Shown in pieces: positions 51,677 through 64,000 of a stretch of DNA of 64,000 nucleotides. Every line of letters starts with the position of its first letter. Position 1 is the stretch's first letter. The notes beneath the pieces were generated by a model, which saw nothing but the letters and a program-made list of their open reading frames with translations, was not told where the DNA came from and ran no database searches. Origin of the DNA: Octopus sinensis (lineage: Eukaryota). The translations under genes and the position numbers were made by a program. The DNA is taken from contig NC_042997.1 of assembly GCF_006345805.1 (NCBI RefSeq), forward strand, positions 88,536,001 to 88,600,000. Direction: 5' to 3'.

Positions 51677-52000
51677 TCTAATTGTGGAGGGTACTTGCGG
51701 AAGGGGTTGACCCAGGAAAACATGGAACAAAGTAGTAAGCCTCACTGAGGGGCTGGGATTTGTGGAATTTTGCTGTACTTAAGAAGACACATCAAGGCAA
51801 GTAAATCTGCTGTCATCCATACATACAGACTTGTGCTATATAAATGCACTCATGCTGGTGGAATGTGAAAAGCATTCAGCTGTAGAAACCCTACCACAAT
51901 AGACAATTTGGAGTCTAGACAGCTCCTTGGCTGGCCAGCTCCTGTCAAACCATCCAACCCATGCCAGCATGGAAAATGGATGTTAAACGATGAGGATGAT
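51677..52000 (+). mobile_element. RTE 3' fragment
   Basis: LIVEGTCGRG.PRKTWNKVV, then the tail ..aacccatgccagcatggaaaatggatgttaaacgatg. Minus-strand tails of the same type lie at ~49865-50075 and ~53500-53735. Confidence 0.75.
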
Positions 52001-52327
52001 ATGTAGAATCAAGATTAGATGATCATTATAGCTTTTCATCTACTTGTTTTAAGTCATTGGACTATGGCTATGTTGGGCCACCGCCTTGAAAGGTTTAGCT
52101 GAACAAATCTACAACACTACTCATTTTTTAAGCCTGATACTTCTGCTCTGAGTCTATTTAGCAGGACTGTTAAGTTACTGTAAGATAAACAAACATTGCT
52201 TGTCCAGCAGAGTAAGACTAGGACCACTTTCCAAACTCAAAGACACATGTGCATGTAGGTATGTATCTATGCATGCATCTATCTACTTACCTACCCATAT
52301 ATACTCACATTCATATTTATATACATA

Positions 52328-52709
52328 CTAGCAGTATCGCCCGGCGTTGCCCAGGTTTGTAAGGGAAATAACTATAAAACATTTTTAGAGAGTTATAGCC
52401 AAAAAATAGCAAAAAAATGGGGAAAAAATGATGGTAAATTTTTTTGAGAGTTAAAAAAGGTGGAGTTGCGTCCCCTAGACGGTCTGTGGTTTGGGTTTCT
52501 GATTCTCGACCCCATGTCGAATTTATCGATTTTTTTCAGAACTGGGGGAACTTTTCAAAAGTTTCGCTGCGTTAGTTTTGAATTATGACATTGGGCTATG
52601 TGTGTGTCAAGTTTCATCAGAATCGGTTGAAAGCCGTGGTCAGAGTGAGGGTACGAGAAAACAGACACACATAAACGCACAGACAAACTGCCGTTTATAT
52701 AGAGAGAGA
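52328..52709 (-). mobile_element. Non-autonomous Helitron nested in a minus-strand SINE A
   Basis: CTAG at 52328-52331 plus hairpin cccggcgttgcccagg, shared with the 7364 element; 5' end atctctctctatataaac. SINE A tail at ~52020-52250 and head at ~52720-52872 flank it. Confidence 0.85.
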
Positions 52710-53744
52710 TGTATATGTAACCAGTTTCCACATAGTTTCCTTCTACCAAATTCACTCACATGGCCTTGGGTTATAATAGAAGTCTCTTGCCCATTGTGTC
52801 AAGCAGTGGGACTAAACATGAAAACACACAGTTGCAACGTGAGCTTCTTAACCACACAGCCATGCCTGCACCTATTCTAATTCTTTTTTTTTTTTTATCA
52901 TTCTTTAGATCTTTGTTAATTTGAATAATTTCATTTCTTTCTCTCTCATTCATTCAAGTTTCCTCCCTATCAAATTTTTATGATTTATTTAAATCAATGT
53001 TTAGTATACTCTGCACTATATACAATGTTAGTTAAATTATTCTTTTAGTGATGTGGCCTGATTTATTAGGAGCAACAATATCTCATATGCTGTGCTGCTA
53101 CAAAAAGGGTGACTGTACTATATATAACTAACAATATAAACTGTTTTAAGTTTAATTCTTCTTACATTACTAAACTACTACAGATTTCCTAACTAGGGAC
53201 CTATGAAAATTTGACATAAATACTCATCTACCCTTTAAACATACACTTGGCATCTTTCTAATGTAATCAACTGCATTGTATAGTAAAGCAAAAATACAAA
53301 TAATTTCTTTGATAAGAAAATTTTTCTGCAATGAAATTGTTCCATGCACCTTTATCTAACTGTTGGTCCCAACCAAGCAATATAATGCTCCTATAAATGA
53401 AACTTCTGAAACAACACCTTTCTCTCAGCAACTAATGTACAATAGTGTTTTAAAGGAATTCAACTAATATGTATATAGTTTGTGAATGTATATATATATA
53501 TCATCATCATCGTTTAATGTCCATTTTCCATGCTAGCATGAGTTAGACAGTTCGACCGGGGTTTGGGAAGCCAGGAGGCTGCACTAGGCTCCAGTCTGAT
53601 CTGGCAGTGTTTCTACAGCTGGATGCCCTTCCTAACGCCAACCACCCCATGAGTGTAGTGGGTGCTTTTTACGTGCTACTGCCATGGGCCAGAGGAGGCT
53701 GGCAACGGCCACGATCAGTTGGTGCTTTTTACGGGTATCACAAC

Positions 53745-54110
53745 TTTCTTATCTTTTGTGCCAACAACCACCTTTTTGAGCTCCATGTGTCTAACACACA
53801 TGGGCATACCTACAATGTCAGAAACCAGCACAGCTCCATTGTCTTTTGGAAACATTTTTTTCACACTCAGAGTTGCTGAAGCATGGAACAAACTACCTGC
53901 ATCAGTTGTTAGTTGCCAAGGCACTGTATCCATTAAAAACTCCATGCTTCCTGAAATATCACCCCCAGCTCCTTATACATACACATATGTATATCATGAC
54001 TCATACACTGTTCACTTTCCTGACTTTTGTACATAATTCTATGTACTATACATGCACCTTTGATGAGTTGTAGTGCACCTGAGCACTATACACTTATAAC
54101 TTCATTATTA
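53745..54110 (+). mobile_element. CR1-type LINE 3' end
   Basis: HLFELHVSNTHGH.YNVRNQHS, FFTLRVAEAWNKLPASVV and 3' UTR gagttgtagtgcacctgagcac. Confidence 0.85.
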
Positions 54111-55729
54111 TTTTATTTTATCCCAAACCTATGTTTAAAACAGCTTCCTTAATAAAATTTCAGTTTTGTTTTTTCCTTCCAGTTTTATCAGTCTGATCTG
54201 AATATTATGTCTATACGTTTGTGTGTTGTCTATTTTATCAGTTCAAACATTAATTTTTCTGCTTCCTGTTAAGAAACTTATTTATTTATTTATTTATTTT
54301 ACTTTTATCAGTTTCAGCTTGAAGCTGCAGCCATGCCATTTATTTGTATAACATTTTACTACAGTATAATATAGTATTTATTGTATAATGTTGAATATTT
54401 GTAGAATCATTAAAGCTTGAGATAACATACATTGTTGTTCAAATCCCATGAAGCACAACTTTGCCTTTCATCCTTCTGAGGTTGATAAAATAAAGTACCA
54501 GTCGTATTTTGGATTTAATAATTTAATAATTAACTATGTGTGTATATGTATTTATGTGTTTGTTTGTTTCTCCCTCTCTTGATACCACGTGATAGTTGTA
54601 AAATTATTATCATTGTCATAGAAGCAGTGCCATTCATTTCCATTATTCTGTGAGCATATGTCTGGCTATGAAGAAAAATGACCTTACTTGGAAATAGGTA
54701 AGGATTGGTGATAGGGAGTGTATCTGGCTTTAGAAAATCTGCCTAAATAAACTCCATCCAACCCATGCAAGCATGGAAAAGTGGATGTTGTTGTGATAAT
54801 GATTATGATCCATACTCTCCTCCAAAATATGTAGCCTTGTATCTATATTAAAAATTTTTATATGTTGTACTAGATATTCTTATATTGTTTATTTTAAAAT
54901 TAATCTCTTTGCAATTTTGAGACTAGTTTGCTTAAAGGGTACAGTTTATATTTTTAATGTCTCTTATAAGATAAGATAGCTATCTCACTTTTCTTACTAT
55001 ATTTCATAGGAGTTGATAGATATACATTAGGCTATTAAAGTGTTCATTCTTGAGGTTTGGCTTGATATTATTGAGAGAACCCATCTATCTCATAATTTTG
55101 AGATAGAGGCGGTCTATCAAACTTTGATCTCATTAGATATGACAATATTAGATGTCTACTGTGTTAGTTTGAGACAAACATCAGGATCTGATAAATTTTC
55201 TAGCTATAAGTATTCTATCTTTATTACGGACATTCTATCTTTAACTCTTTAGCATTTAATTTCTTATCATTCCAATTTCTCTGTCAAATGTAATACTTAT
55301 TTATTCACATTGTTTTACATTATTTATGCATCATGTCATAGCTTTGAGAATTCAATGATGTGATTGTTTATTTTTAGCATGATATTGTAAAGTAAGAGTG
55401 AGAGGCCAGATCTGGCTAGTTTGAAGATAAAATTGGCAGATTATTTTAGTCAGTGATTTTAGTCAGTATCAATGGCAAGGGATCCGCTATATGCTCTATT
55501 GCTCTAACTCATTGTAAAGGAAGTGAAGAGGATATTTTAAGTTGTTTTTATTTTTTTTAAAGATGTTTAAACACACTGAGTAATTTCAAAGAAGCTCTGT
55601 TATAAATTTTATGAAACACACCAACTCCACCATCACTCTGTCACATCATCACCTCCATCACCTTTAACACTATACCAGCCTCACCATCTCTACCATTAAC
55701 ATCACCATTTAGTATACACATTAATATAA

Positions 55730-55945
55730 AGGCAGTGAGCTGGCAGTATCATTAGCATGCTGGGAAAAATGCTGCTAAGCATTTTGCCAGTCTTTACATT
55801 CTGAGTTAAAATTCCACCAAGGTCAACTTTGCCTTTCATTCTTTCAGGGTCAATCAGATAAGTATCATTTGGGTACTGAGGTCGATGTAATTAATTTACC
55901 TACTTACCCAAAATTGCTGGCCTTGTGTCAAAATTTGATACTAAT
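55730..55945 (+). mobile_element. SINE family B ending ~50 bp upstream of the exon acceptor; further plus-strand copies at ~1115-1260 and ~51070-51255
   Basis: aaggcagtgagctggcag..ctgagttaaaattcc..ctttgcctttcattctttc..ggccttgtgtcaaaatttga. Confidence 0.85.
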
Positions 55946-55997
55946 GTATATATATATTAATACATACATACATCCGCCAATGTTTTTTGTGTTGCAG

Positions 55998-56109
55998 GTT
56001 CTACGTTTACGAGAACTGTTCCATGGTCGATTTACCAATGAAGAGGTAGAGAAACTGTTGCAGTTAAATAATTTTGAACAAGGACGTACAGTGTTCTACA
56101 TTCTATCCT
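55998..56109 (+). CDS. Internal coding exon of an unidentified host gene (VLRLRELFHGRFTNEEVEKLLQLNNFEQGRTVFYILS); possible CUE/UBA-like three-helix domain
   Basis: Acceptor tgttttttgtgttgcag|GTT, donor TCCT|gtaagt. 112 nt, open in phase 0 and ending in phase 1; non-repetitive with protein-like composition. The CUE/UBA idea rests only on the LRELF...NNF..TV..IL pattern. Confidence 0.75.
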
Positions 56110-57884
56110 GTAAGTATACCTTATTTATTTATTTAGTCCAATTAATATGTGAGAGTACCTATGACTCTTGCAAGCATCTCTAGACTGATAAGAAGCATTG
56201 GATGCTGTTTAACCCTAGTTGAGCCAAGACTGAACTAATCTATAATTAAAAACATCTCAGCTGTCATCGTCCTATCCCTCCTTCAATCCTAGTATCTCTA
56301 GGACCACATTATCTAATATGACCCTTTTTATATTTTTCTTATGATATGAGTGAAGGAATAGACAAGTGATTCCATATTTAAATTAATTCATAATGAATTA
56401 GATGACAAAGTAAGAGAGAATGTAAAAATATTACATGTGCACATCAATATGACAGTGAATGAACAAGCACTCACATGTACACCATTGAGACATTGTTGTG
56501 ATTAAACTTTTAAGGCAATTGTTATGAATGTATAGAATTTATTTTACACAACTAATATTAAGTCTTTATTAAGTCTTTACTTTTATAATTTAACTAAATA
56601 TTCAAGTAGGATGTTGTTGAGTAAGAGCTCATCAAGAGAGTTATTATCATACTCTAACAACTCAGCATTTCACTTTCTGACCTTACTCTTTCTTGTAACT
56701 TACTGAATTTGTTTATATATAATGTCAAAGGTGGCTAAAAGACATATTAGATAATATAGCTTAAGGTACATTATATCTGCCTTAAAAAAGCATGATGATC
56801 ATGGTTGGAATGTCTATGATTATAGGTCTGCTTGACCTGGCTCAACTTGATGTTAAACAACAGCAATTACAAATAACATCTAGCATCACTATACAGAAAA
56901 TGCTATCAGTCTTCTGTGAACACCAGTTGGAGCATTCCAGCTTAACTGTTCCAGCTGGCTGTAAAAGTTTTATTTACTCATAACTTTTCAATCATGACCT
57001 AATTTCCATTAAGTGCTACATCTTTCCCTCTATCAAAGATGCCATTCAAAAGCCATCTCTTACAATATTAAATGTTACCACCACTGCCGCAACCACTACC
57101 ACCACCCACACATAATATTTTAATTGATTGTTTAGGGCTTTTGACTAAATATTTGCCTTACTTCCTGACAGAAGTTCCTTAATTTATTTCTTTATCTTTT
57201 AGTCTGTAATTTAAAACTTTCATTTGACAGCTGTGTTCAAAATTAGATAACTGATGTTAACATGTAATCACGACTTTTCCCTTATCAGAAAAACCATTTT
57301 TTTCTCTTGAACATAACTGACATTTCTTGACAACTTCTAAACAGTCTATATAACTGTTAATCTGTTTCTGTGATATTACTATTAGAAAATAATGTAAATG
57401 TAATAAACTTAACAAAAGTCTCTTATTTTTCTTCCATCTGATCATAAAACTTACATCAGCTTATTTCGTTACATAGCACTTTGTTAATGTGTACTGTGTC
57501 TAGTTAGGCTGTTTCATGGACTGTGTGTAAGATGTGAATTTTAGTATGAGGTTTATATTTTTATTTACATTCCCTTTTTTCATATCCATTGCACCAGTTA
57601 TTATTCATACTTCTTTTTGCTTTTATACTCCATTTCTTACTTATCTCCCTTTTATGGTCTTTGTACATCAATAGCTATGTAACTTATTCTGTGCCAAACA
57701 CTTTTGTTTATAAAGAATGAGAATCTGTGAGAACAGATTTTCTGTTCCAACTGTGATTATGATGTCAAGGTAGTTCACTTCAGTCTCCTTACCAATTTGA
57801 GCAAGTTTCTTCCAGAGTATCATATCCATGTTACTGTTCCATACTTAATTGCTGCTTCCTCATCCATCCATCCATCCATCCATC

Positions 57885-58150
57885 CATCCATATATATATT
57901 ATATAAAATTTGTTCTGTCCGTCTGTGTGTGTGTGTGTCTTCTAGGATCTCAGGCATCTTCCATCCGATTGCACTCAAATTTGATATGTAGATACCGATG
58001 GTATCAAGGCATGTATAAGTCTTGAAAAAATTGCAAAAATCGATTCCAGGTGAGAATGTGATCGATAAAGTGAATAAAATCGTTTTTCTTTGGAATAGAA
58101 AAAGTCTATCTTTATTTCTTCTTTTGCTGGTGTCTCAAATTTAGGTTAAA
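57885..58150 (+). mobile_element. Non-autonomous Helitron-like 5' portion
   Basis: atccatatatatattatataaaa..gtccgtctgtgtgtg..ccatccgattgcactcaaatttgatatgtag, a typical Helitron/HINE 5' layout; no 3' CTAG end seen. Confidence 0.55.
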
Positions 58151-58583
58151 TCAGTGTTTCTCAAAAGGGAGGCCTATGGGACAGTTGGAACAAATTGTTT
58201 TGATAAAATTTGGTTTAAATATTTGACAATTCAGCACCGTCCATTGGACGGGGGGAGGGCGTTTTGCTCATATATATATATATATATATATACACAAAAT
58301 TCTTTGTATCTCTGTTCCCAATGCATTCTCAAATGGCCCAACCAAATCAAATGAAATTTTCCATGGCAATACTATGAGACCCTAAGAGTGTCAACATCTA
58401 ATTTTTGGGGATTAAAACAATGCAACATTGTCACTGGTTCTGTATAGTGTCTCAATACTCAAAGAATAAAAGTGAAACCACCGACAAAGTAACAGTTATA
58501 AATAGTTTTACTATTATATAGTTGCACATTTAATAGTTTCACTTTTATCAGTTTCACTAAGCATATATATACATGTATGTGTA

Positions 58584-58618
<35 letters not shown>

Positions 58619-58715
58619 GCATGTATATCTTAGTGCGTGTGTGTAAGTATATATGTCTTTGTGTGTGTGTGTGTTGTGTGTAATATATATATATGTATAT
58701 ATGTATATCTTTGTG

Positions 58716-58815
58716 NNNNNNNNNNNNNNNNNNNNNNNNNNNNNNNNNNNNNNNNNNNNNNNNNNNNNNNNNNNNNNNNNNNNNNNNNNNNNNNNNNNNN
58801 NNNNNNNNNNNNNNN
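58716..58815. other. Assembly gap (100 N)
   Basis: Direct reading; true size unknown. Confidence 1.
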
Positions 58816-58875
58816 ATATATAAAAATATATATATATATATATATACTATGTATATATATAATATATATAAATAT

Positions 58876-59790
58876 AGCGGAGGTGGATGCACAGAGAGTA
58901 TCACCACTAGAATACGAATAGCCTGGGCAAAGTTCAGAAAGCTCCTACCCCTACTGGCAACAAAAGGTCTCTCCCTCAGAGCAAAAGGTAGATTGTATGA
59001 TGCATGTGTGCGAACTGCCATGCTTCACGGTAATGAAACATGGGCTGTGACTGCAGAAGACATGCGTAGACTTGAAAGAAATGAAGCTAGCATGATCGCT
59101 GATGTGTAGTGTGTCAGTGTGCACGCAAGACAGAGTGTAAGCATCCTGAGAGAAATGCTGGATATAAGAAGCATCAGATGTGGTGTGCAAGAGCATCAGA
59201 TGTGGTGTGCAAGATGTGGTGTGCAAGATGGTCATGTGCTGCGGATGGATGAAGAGAGATGTGTGAAGAAGTGCCACTCCCAAACAGTTGAAGGTATCAG
59301 GGGGAGAGGTAGACCCAGGAAGACATGGGATGAGGTAGTCAAGCATGACTTCAGAGCATTGGGCCTCACTGAGGCAATGGCGAAGGACCGAGATCTCTGG
59401 AGATATGCTGTGACTACAAAGACCCGGGCTGCTTTCTGCAGCAATTCCACATACCCCCTACCCATTCTAAGTACCCCGGATCCCCAAAGTACCCCGGATC
59501 CCCAAAGTACCCCGATCCCCAAAGTACCTCGGACCTTGTTTCCCCCGTGCCGCTGACACGTTAAAAGCTCAAACCGATCGTGACCAATGCCGGACCCTCC
59601 GGCCCCTGTGCAGGTGGCACGTAAAAAGCACCCAATCCACTCACGGAGTGGTTGGCGTTAGGAAGGGCATCCAGCCGTAGAAACTCTGCCAGATTCAGAC
59701 TGGAGCCTGGAGCGGCCCCTGGCTTCCCAGACCCGGTCGAACCGTCCAACCCGTGCTAGCGCGGAAAGCGGACGTTAACGATGATGATGA
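58876..59790 (+). mobile_element. 5'-truncated RTE LINE with (GAT)n tail
   Basis: SGGGCTESITTRIRIAWAKFRKLLPLLATKGLSL..LHGNETW..GRPRKTWDEVVKHDF. 18-bp repeat at 59469, 59487, 59505 and 59522; tail gcggacgttaacgatgatgat. Confidence 0.92.
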
Positions 59791-59799
59791 TGATGATGA

Positions 59800-60658
59800 T
59801 GATATATATATACTATGTGTATATATATATATATATATATAAGAATATATATATACTATGTATATAGATAATATATATATAAATATATTATATATACTAT
59901 GTATATATATATATATATATATAATATATAATATAGATACTATGTATATATATTATATATATATAAATATATATAATATATCTACCTATATATATATATA
60001 TATAAAATATATATATATATACTATGTATATATATATATATAATATAATATATATATATACGATGTATATAGGATATATATATATAAAATATATATATAT
60101 ATACTATATATATATATATATAAATATCTATATATATACTTATGATATATAATATATATATTAAATATAATATACCTATGTATATCTATATATAGATAAT
60201 GATAATATATATATAAATATATATGTATATCTATATTAATATTATAATATATATTACTGTACTATATGTCTATGTAATATAGATATATAAATATATATAT
60301 ATAATATACTATGTACTATTAGATATAATATATATATAAATATATATATATATACTATTATTATATATATAGATATATATAAATATATAATATATACTAT
60401 GTATATTATATATTATATATAAATATATATATATATATACTATGTATATATATATATATATATAAATATCTATATATAATATACTATGTATATATATATT
60501 ATATATAAATATATATATATATATACTAGTATATATATATTATATTAAATTCTATATATACTATACTATTGTATATATATATATATATATAAATATATAG
60601 ATATATACTATGTATATATTATATAATATAAATATATATATATATATACTAGGTATAT

Positions 60659-60709
<51 letters not shown>

Positions 60710-61065
60710 ATAAATATATATATATACTATACTTGTATATATATATATATAAATATATATTATATATACTATGTATATATAGTATATATATCAATATATA
60801 TTATATACTTGTATATATATATATATATAGAAATAAATATATATTATACTATGTATATATCTCTATAATTAAATTATAATATATACTATGTATATATATA
60901 TATATATATAAATATATAATTTTACTATGTATATCTTATATGTATATATATATATCTATACTGTGTAATATATATGTATACATGTATATATATATATGTG
61001 TATACGTATATATGTATGTATATGTACATACATATGTGTGTATATGCATGTATATATAGATGTAT
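59800..61065. repeat. ~1.2-kb (TA)-based compound satellite
   Basis: TA runs punctuated repeatedly by tactatgtata and ataaatata. Confidence 0.95.
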
Positions 61066-61949
61066 ACCAGAGTAAGCACATAGATGCGAAACAAGGTGAA
61101 AAAAATAGTACTCGAATACCAGAGGTAGAGTAATATGCTTTATTAAAAAGCAGCAAAAAATATCACAAAAGCTGTTACTCAGTTTCACGTTCCCATTCGT
61201 TGGACCATTTTGTTTAAAATGGAACAAGAATAAGGTTATAAGCAAACATATACAATTAGTTTAATGGATACACATTTGAAAATGGTTTTGTTTCATTGGC
61301 CCTTTCAACTAACGGTCTTTACAACTACCTGTTGCATGCAATGAACAAAATTTGATATAAAATCATCTTATTATAAAATTGAAGAAAATCTTAAATCAAA
61401 TATAGCTTATAAAGAAGGGCAGAGTCTAAATACCCAGAATAAATAATTATTTGTAAAATATTAATCAATTAATTCATTAAAAGTTATATCTGTTTAAAAA
61501 AAATTTTCATGTTGGATTACATATACATTTAGCAGTATATGCACATACCAAACCATCTATAATATACATATATACACTAAAACATATAGACGCATGTACT
61601 GGGCTATATACATATATAGGCAAGACATAATTATATATATACAAATGCATATATATACTGTTCAGTGTGTGTAATATTAAAATGTAAAACAAGGAAATTG
61701 TACATTAATTTGATGTAACATAATTAAATACGTGAGTAAAAATAAAAATAAACCTCAGTGAAACTTAAGCTTAAAATTAAATTTATAAAATAGTTGAAGA
61801 CTTTCTTAAAAATGAGGTCGCAATATACATTAGCGTTGCGATGCAAAATAACTATACCATGTAAAGTCAAATTCAAATGCGACAGTCAAAAAAATATATT
61901 TTGAAATTCAAAACATTTTACCCATACAGTATTTTGTCGGTTGACATTT

Positions 61950-62437
61950 AAAATTTTGTGGCGTGCCTGCAGGAATTTAAGAGCTCACATCTCTGGTTCA
62001 AATCGTTTTTATCCTGGAACAAGATGAGGAACTTCTCTGAGAGGCAAAGATTACATTTCATAGGCCTTTTATAATCTCCATGGCTGTATGCTGATGCTTT
62101 TTCTAGAATTTTGCAGATTACATTGAAAGGACAGGTGTCATTCTCTTACAGTTCCCAGACATGCTTTGCAAGACTAGTTGCTGTCCTGTTCTCCGGGTAT
62201 CAGAAAGAATTGCTGTGGGAATAGAATCGAGTCTTGAATGAATTCTCTGAAACCCTTTTATATGTTTTATATTCTTTCGAGCCATCTATTTGCACTTTGC
62301 TTCTATAAACTATACCTTTCTCAAGGCATTTTCCTTCCAATGGACAGCAAGTCTCATCTTTGCAGTTGCAGTTCCTCAGATTAGATTTGGCACTGTAGTT
62401 GTCTTTAATAATTTTTGTGTTATACTGGCTAATAAAA
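61950..62437 (-). mobile_element. Penelope-like element GIY-YIG endonuclease region
   Basis: IISQYNTKI..RNCNCKDETCCPLEGKCLEKGIVYRSKV..TSLAKHVWEL..KCNLCLSEKFLI..LNQRCELLNSCRH. A possible PLE terminal piece lies at ~61070-61230. Confidence 0.85.
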
Positions 62438-62439
62438 GA

Positions 62440-62775
62440 TCAGTAAGTGAATAGGTGACCGGCAGGTTTCCTGAAGTTAGTATTACAAACCATAAGGTCA
62501 TTTGCATTGCAGAGCTCCAGCAGCCTGGTCCCCTCCTCATTGCAGGAACCAAAACTATAGCCTCCATGTATGCCATGGAAGTTCGCTGCATGTTGTCCAA
62601 GATGCCCATTGAAGTTGCCAGCCACAAAGAGGAGGTCTCTGTCATTCATCGACAAGGTAGTCTGCAAGAGGGTGTCATAAAATCGGTCTTTCTGTTTATA
62701 AGGTAGCCCTGGCTGAGGAGCATAGGCCGAGATAATGGTTGCTAACCCATGTTGCAGCAGTAATCTACTCATAAG
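62440..62775 (-). mobile_element. RTE LINE endonuclease fragment
   Basis: TIISAYAPQ..DRFYD..VAGNFNGHLG..NEEGTRLLE..NTNFRKP..HLFTY. Confidence 0.9.
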
Positions 62776-62789
62776 TATTCTGTCACAGT

Positions 62790-63850
62790 GTTCTCTGCCC
62801 AGAAGATCTTATACCTATGTCCTTTGCCTGTGAGGAACCTAGCAGAACTTCCTCTCATCTTTACTTCTTGGATGCAGCACAAATCTACATGTCTCTGTTC
62901 ATTGCCTATGAAAGATACTCATGGAAAATATGTGGAGATTTAAAAGTCATTGGAATGTTAATAGGAATGCAGCCAGGTTTCTTGTGTCTGTGGGATAGTC
63001 AGGCAACTGACAGACATTATTCAGAATCAAACTGGCAGACAAGAACATCATACCAGCCAGGACTTCTAACATCAAGAATACACTGCTTGTAGACTCATGT
63101 AATGTCCTATTGCCTCCTTTGCACATAGAACTTGGACTGATGAAAGAATTTGTAACAACACTAGGGAAGAGAAATGCCAGAGGGTTTGAGTATATTGTGA
63201 AAAAGTTTCCCCAAATCACACAGGCAAAGTTGAAAGAAAGTATCTTTGTCAGACCCCATATTAGAGAAGTACTCAAAGATGTCAACTTCAAGACAACACT
63301 GGATGAACTGGTACTGCTTACCTGGAATGCTTTCAATTGGATCTGTGAGAATTTCTTGGGCAACAAGAAGGCAATGGACTCCAAGGATGGCATCAAGAAT
63401 CTTTTGAAATGGGTTGTCATATGTCAGTGAAAGTTCACTTCTAGGACTCCCATCTGGATTTTTTTGCAGATAACCTTGGAGCAGTATTTAATGAACATGG
63501 TGGAAAATTTCACCAGGACATTAATTCTATGGAGAAATGGTACCAAGGCTTCTGGAATGATAGTATGCTTGCTGACTACTGCTGAAGACTTCACCATGAT
63601 CAACCAGATCAGGAACACTGCAGGAAATCCAAATCTGTTTTGTTTGACCCATTTTTTGTGTATTCACTCTTTGTAGAATGATAGTGATGATTTTTAACTC
63701 AATATACTCATTTACTTTCTAAAAATAATATGCTGCATACAAATGGAGTGAAATTTTGAAATCATCATGAAACATTAGTCTAAAAGAGTTGGTTTGCATT
63801 CATAAGATAGAATTCAAAAGTAACAAGAAATGTATGCAAGAAAAATGTAC
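62790..63850 (+). mobile_element. Chapaev3-like (CMC superfamily) DNA transposase C-terminal remnant
   Basis: WKICGDLKV, FLCLWDS, LPPLHIELGLMK.FV, KFP..AKLKE.IFV, NFLGN, VHFL.SHLDFF..EH..KFHQDI..MEK.YQG and MLADYC, with frameshifts. The family name is recalled from motif memory. Confidence 0.7.
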
Positions 63851-64000
63851 AGTCCATTAAAGGTAGAGTGAAAAAATAAAAAGCAAACGTTTGTAATTAG
63901 CAAATATGCTTAAAAGTAATGAAAGGGTCTCTGACTGACATAGATTCACTCAGTAAAGCAAACAACTCTGGAAATGAAATAATGTTTCTATTTTTGACAA

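Noticed and set aside
55730-56864. Exon circularisation by flanking inverted SINEs
   Set aside because: The upstream SINE B has no opposite-strand partner downstream within the window; the inverted pair found lies wholly 3' of the exon.
57257-57445. Minus-strand ORF with CxxC and a nearby gtaagt/cacag mini-intron
   Set aside because: The putative upstream exon has an in-frame stop and I recognise no domain.

Overview
Strongly AT-rich animal genomic DNA made mostly of repeats and intron-like sequence. The repeat inventory looks like an octopod cephalopod (Octopus sp.); this is inferred from SINE, RTE and Helitron motifs, not from a search. Only one host coding exon is well supported: 55998-56109 (+), 112 nt, AG/GT-bounded, possibly CUE/UBA-like. 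Most of the window is therefore probably intron of one large + strand gene. The remainder is layered transposon debris: at least three tRNA-headed SINE families (A, B, C), RTE and CR1/Jockey-type LINE fragments, Penelope-like elements, autonomous-type and non-autonomous Helitrons, Tc1/mariner elements (one with DD36E spacing, one maT-like, one fold-back), piggyBac-, hAT- and mariner-type MITEs, a Chapaev-like transposase remnant, long microsatellites and a 100-N gap. I found no intact transposase or RT ORF, RNA gene or CRISPR array, and no convincing new multi-gene system. The most notable signals are structural: many long inverted repeats and hairpins, two SINE arrays of opposite polarity, chimeric or rearranged retroelements, and an inverted repeat pair just downstream of the exon. 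All are candidate dsRNA/ADAR substrates. Alignments were done by eye and most element boundaries are approximate (about 10-30 bp).
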